A stretch of 64,000 nt of DNA from Naegleria gruberi (Eukaryota), in the NCBI GenBank assembly GCA_000004985.1, contig GG738846.1. One strand, 5' to 3'. The number at the start of each line of letters is the position of its first letter. The stretch's first letter is position 1. This document shows, one piece after another, positions 10,360 through 20,572 of the stretch. The notes beneath the pieces were generated by a model. That model worked only from the letters and a program-made list of their open reading frames with translations. It did not search any database and was not told the DNA's origin. The translations under genes were made by a program, and so were the position numbers.

Positions 10360-11529
10360 TTGAATTTACTATTAATATTATCATCATCATATGATATTAG
10401 AATTTTGGGAGGATTAAGTAAAACAAGTATATTTTCAAAAATTGGATCAATTCTAGGAGGTGGAGCAACATCAAGGAAGATATTTAATGAGGAGGATTTT
10501 AAATTGTTGGAAAAGGCTCTTCTCTCGAGTGATGTCGGAAATAATACTACACAATTACTTCTAACAAGGATGAAGACACAAGTATCTGAAATTGAAAAGC
10601 AAATTGAAAATAATCCCACTGCAGAGGAAAATGTCAAACCCATGAAGAATATTCTACGTGAGGAAATGCTGAAATTATTCCAATATCCAATGCAACAACA
10701 AATTGTAAAGAGATTGCAACAAAATCAAGGAACACCTGAGGGTGGAGTTTCCATTCCTTTGATTCCATTAAATCCAAAATCAAGACCAACTGTTGTACAA
10801 ATTTGTGGAGTGAATGGATCTGGAAAGACAACAACTATTGGAAAATTATTACACAAGTATAGAGAATCAGGAACTGTTAGAAATATTGTTGTTGCAGCTG
10901 CAGATACAGTCCGAGCAGCAGCTCCAGATCAATTGAGAACTTGGGTTGAACGTACAAGTGGATGTACTCTCGTCGATTTGACAGAATCTGAAAAATTGAA
11001 AAAACAACACACTACAACTCCTCAACAAGTCAAAGTTAAGAATATTAGACAAGTGAGTTATAAGGTTCCTGCTGAAAGTGTAGTTTATGAAGCCATTCAA
11101 CAAGCTTTGAGAAAGGAAGATGTTGACCTTGTTTTTGTTGACACTGCAGGAAGATTGCAAAATCAAGAAGCTTCAATGAAAGAATTGAGTTTAATTACTG
11201 AAATGTGTTCCAAGTCGAGAAAGGGAGCACCTGATCATACATGGCTCATTCTCGATGGTACAATAGGTCAAAATTCTATACAACAAGCCAAACTATTCCA
11301 AAAGTATGTGAGAATTTCAGGAATTATTGTCACTAAATTGGATGGAAGTGCCAAAGGAGGTGTCATTCTTGCAATTGCCAATGAATTGAAAATCCCAGTT
11401 CTCTACATTGGTTTGGGAGAAAGTGTCAGTGATTTGAAACCTTTTTATCCTGAACAATTTGTTGATTCCATCTTGTCAGTAGCCTCAGCAGAGGAAAAAC
11501 AAACAAAATCAGAAGAGGATGATGAATAA
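10360..11529 (+). CDS. ftsY: Bacterial-type FtsY (SRP receptor GTPase, NG domain) with N-terminal extension, candidate organellar targeting
   Basis: ATG at 10360. The SRP-GTPase motifs align almost position for position with E. coli FtsY. These are G1 GVNGSGKTTTIGKL, AAADTVRAAAPDQL, DTAGRLQN, TKLDGSAKGG, and the closing IPVLYIGLGESVSDLKPF. There is no SRX or SR-alpha N-domain. The roughly 70-aa N-terminus (MNLLLILSSSYDIRILGGLSKTSIF...) has the look of a targeting presequence. Confidence 0.8.
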   Translation: MNLLLILSSSYDIRILGGLSKTSIFSKIGSILGGGATSRKIFNEEDFKLLEKALLSSDVGNNTTQLLLTRMKTQVSEIEKQIENNPTAEENVKPMKNILREEMLKLFQYPMQQQIVKRLQQNQGTPEGGVSIPLIPLNPKSRPTVVQICGVNGSGKTTTIGKLLHKYRESGTVRNIVVAAADTVRAAAPDQLRTWVERTSGCTLVDLTESEKLKKQHTTTPQQVKVKNIRQVSYKVPAESVVYEAIQQALRKEDVDLVFVDTAGRLQNQEASMKELSLITEMCSKSRKGAPDHTWLILDGTIGQNSIQQAKLFQKYVRISGIIVTKLDGSAKGGVILAIANELKIPVLYIGLGESVSDLKPFYPEQFVDSILSVASAEEKQTKSEEDDE

Positions 11530-11600
11530 ATCAATTTAAAATAATAACTATTCGAAATGCATGGCGAATTTAAATGTTTTTTTATGTTTTTTGAAAAAAA

Positions 11601-12562
11601 ATGAAAGAACATGATATTGAACAATTTATTGAATGGTCCCACAACATTGGAGCCTTCAAACATGAAAATATTGACTTGAAATTCATCTCCTCCGAGTGTG
11701 GTATCGGAGGTATTCTAACATCAGACATTCAAGCCTCTGAAGATGATCAAGTGGATTTATTATCTGTTCCTTTGGAAAATTGTTTAAATGTTAGGAATAT
11801 GAATAGGGAATTTAGAGATTTAATATCGGAATTGAAATTAATTGCTGATGGAAATAATGATAAGAATGAAGAACTTGCTTCTCAGTGGAAGGGAACAAAC
11901 ATGTTTGAAAATGGATTAATTGTTTTCTACATGTTTTTAATTTATGAGTTACATGTTGAGAAGGAGAAGAGTACACACTTTCCATATTTGAATTTATTAC
12001 CAAGGGAATTTACTACAGCTCTTTATTTTGATGAAGATGAAATGGCTGCATTGAGATCTACCAATTTGTACAAATCTGTGCAGAGTATTAGACAAAATTT
12101 GAAGCAAATTTACGAAACGAAAGTGGAATATTTAATGAACAAGTATCCACAAAAGTTTGATAGACAAGTGTTTAGTTATGAGAATTTCATGTGGGCTTTT
12201 TCTGCTGTTTGGTCAAGAGTTTTTCCAATTGAATATCCTGCAGAGAATGGAGAAGGTGTGGAAATTGTTCCAACATTATTGCCAACAGTTGACATTTTGA
12301 ATCACAAATTTAATGCCAAGATTACATATTTCACAGGATCTGACAGAAGATTCTACTTGAAAACAAGAGAATCTCTCAAAAGCGGAGACTATGTCTGCAA
12401 CAATTATGGAGCAAAGAGTAATGATTCATTCTTATTGAGTTATGGATTTGTCATTCCAAATAATTCTGAAGACACTCTCTATGTTCAATTTGGTATTTCT
12501 GATGATGGCAATGAAGAATTGGTTCAATTCAAGAAAAAGTATTTGGAAGACAATTCTCTCAA
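11601..12562 (+). CDS. SET-domain lysine methyltransferase, SETD3/SETD6/Rubisco-LSMT-like; exon 1 of 3
   Basis: ATG at 11601. The SET C-terminal signature is ILNHKFNAKITYF ... GDYVCNNYGAKSNDSFLLSYGFVIPNN. The exon ends at 12562 with a GTAAGT donor at 12563-12568. The TAA that closes the raw ORF lies inside that donor. Confidence 0.7.
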
Positions 12563-12603
12563 GTAAGTTTTATAACATCTTTATCTTGATAATATTCCAA
12601 TAG

Positions 12604-13495
12604 TCTTGGATTTTATCTCAAAAAACAACAACTGCCAGAAGACATGCTAGATTCCATTCGTATCTGTATGATGACCGAAGATGATTTTTATCTTGCCAAA
12701 CAATCAACAATCTCTCAACACAGAGAACAATCTAAGGATTCTGTCTACAGATTCAGTGTAAAGAATGAATTCAAAATGCTTCACACACTGAGGTCATTGT
12801 TCATATCAAAGAGACGTCTCTTCCCAACCACTATTGAAGAAGATGAAGAAGAGTTGAGTGAAGAAACCAACTTTAACATGCAAAATATTCTCATTTACAT
12901 AATTGGACAAAAGAAGATTATTGAAAATGCCTTGAAATGCATTGATGAAAAACTCTCTACTTTGCTTGGAACCTATACCAAACTTGTGGACAATAATAAT
13001 CATCAGGAAAATATTCTCCAAACCATGAAGAATATCTTTATTGAAAATAGTGGAAAATTATCTGTGGAAATGAGACCAGAATTGAATTCTTTCCATGCCA
13101 TTTCCAAAGAATCCATCTCAAAAGGTGAAATAGTAATGATTGTCAAATCAGAGGAATTAATAGATGTGGATAATGCTCTTGATTCCCCGTTTGGAGAATT
13201 CTACACTGAGGCAAGAGAGGAGGATCTCAGTGCCAATCTCGATGATGAAATGGCTGTCATGTTTTACATTATGTTTGAAATGTTCTCCTCTCCAAATTCA
13301 CCTCTCAAGTCCAATAATCACAAAAAGTTTTTCAATCTCCTTCTCAAGCATTACAATTTCCAAGAAACTCCATTCCTCTCCGAAAAACTTCAAGATGAGC
13401 TGAGTGGAACCAATACCCTTGATTTGATTCAGAGAACAAGAGATGGACTTTCTGAAGTTTTCGAGGAGATTAAGAGTGCCCTCATACAGTCTGGT
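12604..13495 (+). CDS. SETD3/LSMT-like methyltransferase; exon 2 of 3 (substrate-binding region)
   Basis: A 41-nt intron (12563-12603, GTAAGT ... CCAATAG) joins in phase 2 to the frame of ORF 12644-13525. The exon ends at 13495 before a GTAAGT donor (13496-13501). Confidence 0.6.
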
Positions 13496-13542
13496 GTAAG
13501 TTTTCATTCTCTAATTTTTTACTGAAATTTATATTTTCACAG

Positions 13543-14229
13543 TTGCAAGATGAGGAAAATGTAATGACCTTTGAAAACTTTCTAGTTGCCTATTCAGTAT
13601 TTGATTTGTTCGCTGTTGGATCAGAGACTGTATTACCAATACCAGCAATTTCACAATTAGGCAGCTTTTTGGTTGAGTTTGATGATGGAAATCTTGTGGT
13701 TAAAAGTTTGATTGACATTCCTAAAGATAAGATTATTACCTTCTCTGCCCTTTCACTCACAAAACCAATCGAAGACTTACTCATGTACAACATTTATCCA
13801 ATTGATTATGAATTGGCCTTGCCTAATGTAAAACATGCCATTGGTATTGATTTGGAATCTTTAGAATCTCTCATTACACAACAAAAGCTTGACATTTTGA
13901 ATTTTTTGAACAATTTATCCTTCACTCACTATTTGACAAGAGGTAGAAAGTGTAGCCTTCTTCCAATCCAATTAGGAGTTTTATTTACTACAGATGAGAT
14001 TGCACTTTCAAACCTTCTCAATCAAAAAAAGATTGAAATTAACATGTTTGATTCGTCAGTCATGGAGAATGTGAATCACGTCATTAGTGCAATGGTTGAA
14101 AACTTTGCAAGTGCCTTCTCAGAGAATGAGGAAGCAGTAGAAGAAATCAGAACACTGTCAAGTATAGAACAGAATGCAAAACTCTTCTTTCCTCACTTCT
14201 TTCAGAATAAAAACCTTCAATTTTATTAA
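13543..14229 (+). CDS. SETD3/LSMT-like methyltransferase; exon 3 of 3
   Basis: A 47-nt intron (13496-13542, GTAAGT ... TTTCACAG) joins in phase 0. The ORF-track 'M' at 13543 is a TTG codon, so this is not an independent start. Combined CDS is 2541 nt, about 846 aa. Confidence 0.6.
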   Translation: MQDEENVMTFENFLVAYSVFDLFAVGSETVLPIPAISQLGSFLVEFDDGNLVVKSLIDIPKDKIITFSALSLTKPIEDLLMYNIYPIDYELALPNVKHAIGIDLESLESLITQQKLDILNFLNNLSFTHYLTRGRKCSLLPIQLGVLFTTDEIALSNLLNQKKIEINMFDSSVMENVNHVISAMVENFASAFSENEEAVEEIRTLSSIEQNAKLFFPHFFQNKNLQFY

Positions 14230-16708
14230 ATTCTAATAAGGACAATCCATTCTTTTCATTATTATTGGAAGTGCTTAAATTTTGTAAAACGCACTTGACA
14301 TGCTTCATGGTTGGTCTTTCAGCCCAGTCCTTTTTCAATAAATTCAAAACCAAATCAATAGCAATTGGATTGACTTCCTTCTCCACAAGCTCAGCCCTAA
14401 TGTTATTATAGGCCAATTCATAATTTTTCAAAATTGCATCAGACATGAAATAGGAAGTACTTTCCAATCGAACCTTTGTACGGAATGTCAATAGATTGTA
14501 CAATAAAACTCCAAAAGAAAAACTATCTGTAGCCCTCAAATTCTCTCTAGACATTTCGGCTTTTGATTTCAATTCAGGAGAAATTGTTGGTAATGAACCC
14601 AAATAGAGAGCATGTCTTCTCATTTGAAAGTCTGGACTGTCTCTTGTAATCTTGATTACATCTTGTCTTGTCGATTGCAAGTAACCAAAATCTGCAATCT
14701 TGACACATTTAGAAATGCAAGACGGATCTAAGAGAACATTTTCCACCTTAATATCTCTGTGAACCAAATCTAACTGGTGCAAGTAATTAATTGCATCTGC
14801 AATTTGATAGGCAATCTTGAAAGTATCTGGGAGTGATTCATCACCCTCAACTTCTTCATGATAAAAGATCAAACTAGTCAGTGTATCATAAAAAGGCATA
14901 ACTATATGACAATAGGTTTCTTTGTCTGTCTCACTATTACAAAAACCATCAAGGTATGGAGTGAGATGTTTGTGGGAGAGCGATTTGATTTGGGAAGTGT
15001 GTTGGAAGAACTCGTCAAGCTCTGCATTGGTAATTTTCATGTGTTTGATTGCTACAGTTCGATTATCAGTTTTGGATATGTACTTGTGCAGAATACCTTC
15101 TGCTCCACGCCCAATCTCCTCTACGAGTGTGAAATGTTCTAGAATTTTTTGATTAGTCTCGATATAGGTTTCCTCAATAATTGGAGTTGTATTGGTTGTA
15201 GGTTTCTTCTTTTTTCCAATTTTAATGGTGTTAAATTTGAGTTTACCACCATCTTCCAACTCTATATTATTAATACTATTTACAGTACCAACTCGGTGTA
15301 GAATGGTATAATCTTTACAAGTAAAGATATTTCTAATTGAAGTGTTGCTGAGCTTGAGTGATTCCACAATGTGTGGAGAAATTGGTTGTGGAAAGTTTGT
15401 AGAGATATTACTTCGCCACAGCTGATGGTTATTATTACTGCCCCAAGAATAGATCAATCCACTGATTGTCCTAACCACAGTATGACTATCCCCTGTATCT
15501 ATGGAATGAATCTTCTCCTCTCCAAATAGCTTTTTTTGAAGCTGTACAGGTTCGAATAATTGCTTGTTAATGGAAGGGCTGAAACCTAATTGACCCATGT
15601 GATTTCCTCCAAAAGCATAGAGTTCATTATTGAGGGTAAGAACTATAGAGAAATTGGAGCCTGCGGAAATCTTGCTAATTTGTGATTGAATTCCTTTCAC
15701 TCTATTCAATTGTAAAATGAATTCCTCATGTTTTCCAACTCCTGTTTGGCCAAATGAGTTATGGCCAAACGAATACAATAGTCCTTCAGTAGAGACTGCC
15801 AAAAAATGACCATATCCAACACTAACAGATCTAATAGTAACACTTCCATAATCTCTCTCTGCCTTTTTAATATCTAAACTACCTTCCAAAATTTGAGTTT
15901 CAAAATTTTCAGTGAATGTGTAATAAATCTGACCATCAATAGTCAACCACACTGCTAAACCTCCTTTGTATTGGAAATCTGCTACATTTTCTTTCAATAT
16001 ACTAGCCACATTAGAATTAATTAAATCTTGAATATCTATGGCCTTTCCATCGTTCCACACGTAGAATTCTCCCAATAATTTATCTACAATAAACAATATT
16101 CTTAATTGTGAATTTGTTTCTCTATTTACATTTGAAATGACTTGTTCATTTTCCTCGAATCTATTTGCACGATATGGTGCAGATCGTACAATGTATCTAT
16201 TTAATGAAGTGGAATCTGTCGAAATATCCTCCTCTTCGTCCAATTCTAAAAGTTTTAGCTTTTTCTTCAATTCTGTCCTAATACTTTCTTCCTCATTCAT
16301 GGTCCAAACCATAAAGTCTTCATAAATTTCAAAATCTGAATTCTTTAACAATAGTAATTGATTTGTCTTGCTTCTGACCATTAACAAGTCATCATCGGAT
16401 TGACCTTGAAAACATGATATTTCAAGGTCTTGTGTAAGAAAACTATCTGGTAATGTATTGTCCTCCAATACGAGGATTGAATTGTTTCCACGCCCTGTTA
16501 TCATCAAGGAAGGCCTTTTTACATTATCGTCATCATTAGTACTAGTTGAGAAAGAATGCTGATGAACATTTGATTTGGCCATCGAATAGAAAACCTCTTC
16601 ATGTTGATTACCATGTATCACTAGTACAAATAATTTGAATATCAGCAATATGAGGAGGCAAGCCTTCAATAATATTATCAATGTTGGTGATGAGGTGAAT
16701 GCTTTCAT
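14147..16708 (-). CDS. RCC1-repeat + Ser/Thr protein kinase with N-terminal hydrophobic anchor
   Basis: The first in-frame ATG is at 16708 (the track start at 16738 is TTG). The N-terminus MKAFTSSPTLIILLKACLLILLIFKLFVLVIHG is a signal-anchor. RCC1-like blades are GHNSFGQTG, GGNHMGQLG and GSNNNHQLW. The kinase subdomains are VAIK, HRDIKVENVLL, DFG and SPE. The 3' end overlaps the convergent SET exon 3 by 83 nt. Confidence 0.7.
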   Translation of the reverse strand: MKAFTSSPTLIILLKACLLILLIFKLFVLVIHGNQHEEVFYSMAKSNVHQHSFSTSTNDDDNVKRPSLMITGRGNNSILVLEDNTLPDSFLTQDLEISCFQGQSDDDLLMVRSKTNQLLLLKNSDFEIYEDFMVWTMNEEESIRTELKKKLKLLELDEEEDISTDSTSLNRYIVRSAPYRANRFEENEQVISNVNRETNSQLRILFIVDKLLGEFYVWNDGKAIDIQDLINSNVASILKENVADFQYKGGLAVWLTIDGQIYYTFTENFETQILEGSLDIKKAERDYGSVTIRSVSVGYGHFLAVSTEGLLYSFGHNSFGQTGVGKHEEFILQLNRVKGIQSQISKISAGSNFSIVLTLNNELYAFGGNHMGQLGFSPSINKQLFEPVQLQKKLFGEEKIHSIDTGDSHTVVRTISGLIYSWGSNNNHQLWRSNISTNFPQPISPHIVESLKLSNTSIRNIFTCKDYTILHRVGTVNSINNIELEDGGKLKFNTIKIGKKKKPTTNTTPIIEETYIETNQKILEHFTLVEEIGRGAEGILHKYISKTDNRTVAIKHMKITNAELDEFFQHTSQIKSLSHKHLTPYLDGFCNSETDKETYCHIVMPFYDTLTSLIFYHEEVEGDESLPDTFKIAYQIADAINYLHQLDLVHRDIKVENVLLDPSCISKCVKIADFGYLQSTRQDVIKITRDSPDFQMRRHALYLGSLPTISPELKSKAEMSRENLRATDSFSFGVLLYNLLTFRTKVRLESTSYFMSDAILKNYELAYNNIRAELVEKEVNPIAIDLVLNLLKKDWAERPTMKHVKCVLQNLSTSNNNEKNGLSLLEFNKIEGFYSERSEERRVLHSVLYLTVF

Positions 16709-17214
16709 TCTCCAATTAATCAAAATATTTTCTTTCAAAAAACTTATTAAAAACTTTTCCGTAAGACTTTAAACACACGTAAATCGTTGGTGTTAATATT
16801 ATATTATTGTGTATACTCTTGTGAATTTGTTGCTGATGATGATGATGGTGATGGTGGGTACTACTCTCCTAAATTCAATCACAACTTATTCTTGTTGTGA
16901 ATTAATCATACTTGGTATTTTTTTCTGTTATTTTTTTAATGCATTCTTTTGGTGGTGAATTTGATATTTAATTTTGGAGGGAGATTTGTGAGTGTTTTGG
17001 GTGATTTGAATGATCTTGATCCCCAAAAGTTGAAATGCATTTGGTAAGGTGTCGAGGAATGTGTATGAAAAAGTAGGACGGATGACAATTGAATGAAATA
17101 TTTGAATGTTGTTTCTTTAAGCATTTTCTTGTTTTGATTTGTGACAGTAGTAAACTCAAAATTAATTGATTGATGGTATATTTCCAATTAAAGAGTATTT
17201 TCATTTATTGTATA

Positions 17215-17344
17215 TTAGATAATACCAGTAATCCTAATTGGTTTTTCCTTTCTTAAGGCTGCCACAAGGAAGAAGAAACTTGCAAATAACAAGTGGAATC
17301 CAGCAACTGCTGTTTGAACACAAAAGAATGAATAAACACAACCA
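17215..17344 (-). CDS. Putative terminal exon of the 17441-17985 gene (adds a further TM helix)
   Basis: The 96-nt intron (17345-17440) would join in phase 2 to give ...FCFF GCVYSFFCVQTAVAGFHLLFASFFFLVAALRKEKPIRITGII*. Hand-built model. Confidence 0.3.
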
Positions 17345-17440
17345 CTTTGTTAAATCATTCCATAATCATATTTGTAAGTATTTTGCATAAATAGTTTAAT
17401 AATTTCTCTATTAATTGAAATGGATGAATTAACAACTTAC

Positions 17441-17985
17441 AAGAAACAAAAAACGCATTGAGTTTCATTTCTATACAAGATACTCAAGAATGTACAAACA
17501 TGTTCTGGCCATTGTTTTGGATTCAAGATATCCTCAACAGTGACCTTATCTTGCTTATTAAATTCACTGAAAAAACACCAAACATAAAGAATAAAAGATA
17601 ATAATATACAATAACCACCAGGAATATAGGAGGCCCAAATTGGATCCGATGGTGTCATGACTACAGAAGTAAATCCACAAATAAATAATGTATAGATGGA
17701 TCCGATTTGTAAATTTCTAGCCAGAGGAGCAAACTCTAATTTTGATGTTACTGGATTTTCCTTCTTCGGTGCCTTATATTTTGTTTTAACGAGTGTATCG
17801 TTTTGAGTCTCCCTTACTACTTCATCAGGAACAGACTCGATCAAGGTTTGATTTAATTTTTCTGAAAATCCCTTATAGGATTCCTTTTGTGCTTCATCTT
17901 CAGTGTAATAGATTGGTTGGGACATTGGGTTTTTTTTATTGTTGTGGAAGATTGTACAATGAATGGACCAACAGTTTTTCATCAT
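17441..17985 (-). CDS. Hypothetical small multi-TM protein; exon 1 of 2 (start possibly at the internal Met of MSQPIYY)
   Basis: ORF with ATG at 17985. Two hydrophobic helices. On the minus strand a GTAAGTT donor overlaps the ORF stop (plus 17434-17440). Confidence 0.4.
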
Positions 17986-18776
17986 ATTATCAACGAAATG
18001 CTCCTTCTCTCAAAAACAGCGCCCCAATATCGATAAGCATGCCTTGCTTATTAAGAGGACTCATGTTTCGATTTGGAAAATTAATATTTTCCGAGAGGTG
18101 ATCTTTGGAGAAATATAAAAGTGAGACTATTATTGATTTGACTCCAAATAATATTTGATTAGAAACATTTTATAACTGGAATGATACCCTTAAATCCAAT
18201 TCAAATTGCAGGTTTAAATATCAGTAAAACTTCTAATTAAAATTTACATATATTAATCATCGAAACTCTTCAATTTTGATTTAATTCCAATGTTGCAATC
18301 AAAAGAATAAAGTGAATCAGCTAGAGTCTTTCTCAAAGGCATTAACACGGTTTTAAAATCAATTAATCAGAATGGATCTCTAACTTTTGTAGATCATATC
18401 AAACAATTGAAAATTCTTATCATTTCAATGGTCCATCTTGACAATGAGTTTTCAGAAATAAAACTGCTTGAAACATAACAAGGTGTTTACTATAGATATA
18501 CCATTTCTTACAAGTAATGAATTGACTAAAATCTGACAAACGTATAATCAAACTCATATAAAAGAGAGATTATTCTGCCCTAGATGGAAATCAAGAAATG
18601 GTACTTGGAAATGTTTATTTGGATTGAAATAACCCAAAGTATGACACGATATAATAATCATCATTATTACTAAACATTGGAATTTAAGGTTATTAATAAA
18701 TGAAGAAAATTAAGCCTTAAATTTGTAATATTTTGGCGGGAAAGTTTTTACAGAAATTTATTTTTAATTTAAAAAA

Positions 18777-18855
18777 ATGTCACAAATCTATCACATGTTA
18801 ATTCATCAAGAACACCAAATTAATTCTTTAAAATGTGATTTAATCTTCAAAATCC
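18777..18855. repeat. Short dispersed repeat family member (~75 nt), copy 3
   Basis: ATGTCACAAATCTATCACATGTTAATTCATCAAGAACACCAAATTAATTCTTTAAAATGTGATTT is about 80% identical to the reverse complement of 27590-27660 and 28170-28240. Confidence 0.45.
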
Positions 18856-18964
18856 TCCCAGTCTTCAAAATTGATCGGCGATTTAATAAGGCTTGCAAAC
18901 TTGTCAATAATTTCAAAATAAGCCTTTTTCAAGTCAAAGTCAGAAGAATTAACATTTCTTTCTT

Positions 18965-19054
18965 TTCACAAAAGACACACAATTCATAATTATCGCTTAG
19001 ACAAACAAAGGTGTTACATGAATCACACTTGCATCAGTTGGATTCATTATTGAC
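18965..19054. repeat. Left terminal inverted repeat of the 18965-20539 element
   Basis: Direct alignment with the reverse complement of 20452-20539. Confidence 0.65.
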
Positions 19055-20451
19055 TTTGGTATCAAGCCTCTTATACCAAGCCATTCTCGTAACACCAGAT
19101 AACCCTGTTGCTTTTTGAATAACCTTGCATAACTTAATGGTGTAATCTAAGGTTCTTTCTTTGGCGGTTCTGAAAAGCAATTTCAAATCAAAATTTTCAT
19201 CCTTAGGATCTAGAATTTGATTTGAATTAATTATTTCTAATAATTCCTTGGTGGAATAGAGTTTCATTTTTTTAAAAGTACTTTACTATTGAAACGTTCC
19301 ATTATTATTCATATTCTTCTCAATTATTTAATATTAATCTAACAGTTTATTATTATTATTATTAATAAATTGTTAAATGTCTACTAATGATATTGAATTG
19401 GAATGGTTTGATTCATCCTTAGATGAAAATCTAAAATTCAACCAACAAATAAACCAGAAAATGTTTAATGGAAAAAGGTATTGCTTAGTAATGATAATTG
19501 GATCATTTCAACAAGATTTAAGAACTACCAATTGAATCAAATTGAAAAATCACATTATTATCGGAATTTCTCAATCCAGTTAAAAGACAGAGAATTGGTC
19601 TCCTATCAGAACAAGTATCTGCTTGTATCCTTGTTTATTTGTACCATGAAAGAAACGTAGTATTTATTATTGCTGAGAGTTCTGGTTCTGTCTCTCTTTG
19701 TCTTACAATTATGGATGAACTCTATTCTGTTGTGAGTAATAATAATAACAAGGATTAAAGAATATTAGTAAAATGAGGAAATGTATCAACAAGGATTTAT
19801 GGAGAAACTTCTCCATAGCCTTTTTTTAATCCCCTTTAAAATGGCTGGATGTAGAATTAGCCTCACCGATTATCTTTCCCAGTTCAGAAATGATTTCAGT
19901 TCATATTCTTGTCCTTCCAAATACCAAAACACTTACCATTGACAGAAATTCCTCAAGGATAATCAATTGACAATCCGATTTGTATTCACCCATGTAGGAA
20001 TTGTTTGGTTGAGAGAGGAATTTTGGTTTTCCACCTCTCTCCTTAGTAGTTGATAGATTTTGAATGGTATGATTCGAATTGAGTTGCTGGAGAGATGTTG
20101 TTGGCAAAAGTATAATAAGGTGCTACCACTGTGACACAAAACACACTTTTACAAAATAGAAAATTTTATTAGAATGCAAGTTGGTGGAATTTATGAAACT
20201 ATTTTTATTTCTATACGAAAGACTTATTTAGAAAGTCTGATTTCGAATATTTTTCTTAAAGAGAGGATTCACATTGTTCAATGGAATAGAAGAACGATTG
20301 GATAGTGAATTGAGGGAATTATCTCATAAGAAAACTGGGAAATTTAGGCTCATTTTGTCCATAAATCCATATCCCAGATACAATTCCTCATCATTTTACT
20401 ATTAATAATAAATTATAGTCTCTTATATCATAACGACCTTAGAGACTAGCT

Positions 20452-20539
20452 CAACAATGAATCCAACCGATGCAAGTGTGATTCGTGTAACACCTTTGTT
20501 TGTCTAAGCGAAAATTATGAATGGTGTGTCTTTTGTGAA
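20452..20539. repeat. Right terminal inverted repeat of the 18965-20539 element
   Basis: Reverse complement of 18965-19054. Confidence 0.65.
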
Positions 20540-20572
20540 TTAATTAAGTGTGCTTCAGAACCACTTCCAAAT

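Larger units (their letters stand above)
18965..20539. mobile_element. Decayed DNA transposon bounded by ~90-bp imperfect terminal inverted repeats
   Basis: 18965-19054 is the reverse complement of 20452-20539 at about 93% identity (TTCACAAAAGACACAC...GTTGGATTCATT). The interior has only short ORFs. One of them, 19034-19267 on the minus strand, looks like a helix-turn-helix fragment. Confidence 0.6.

Noticed and set aside
13543-13545. ORF-track Met starts at 13543, 16738, 22748, 24776, 25770, 37702, 39784, 44323, 44901, 48156 and 53936
   Set aside because: In the sequence these codons are TTG or GTG. They are artefacts of a permissive start table. True starts are internal ATGs or upstream exons, as noted per feature.
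19034-19267. HTH-like 77-aa ORF as an intact transposase gene
   Set aside because: It is too short. It reads outward into the left TIR, and no catalytic DDE/D region follows. I treat it as a relic inside the decayed element.
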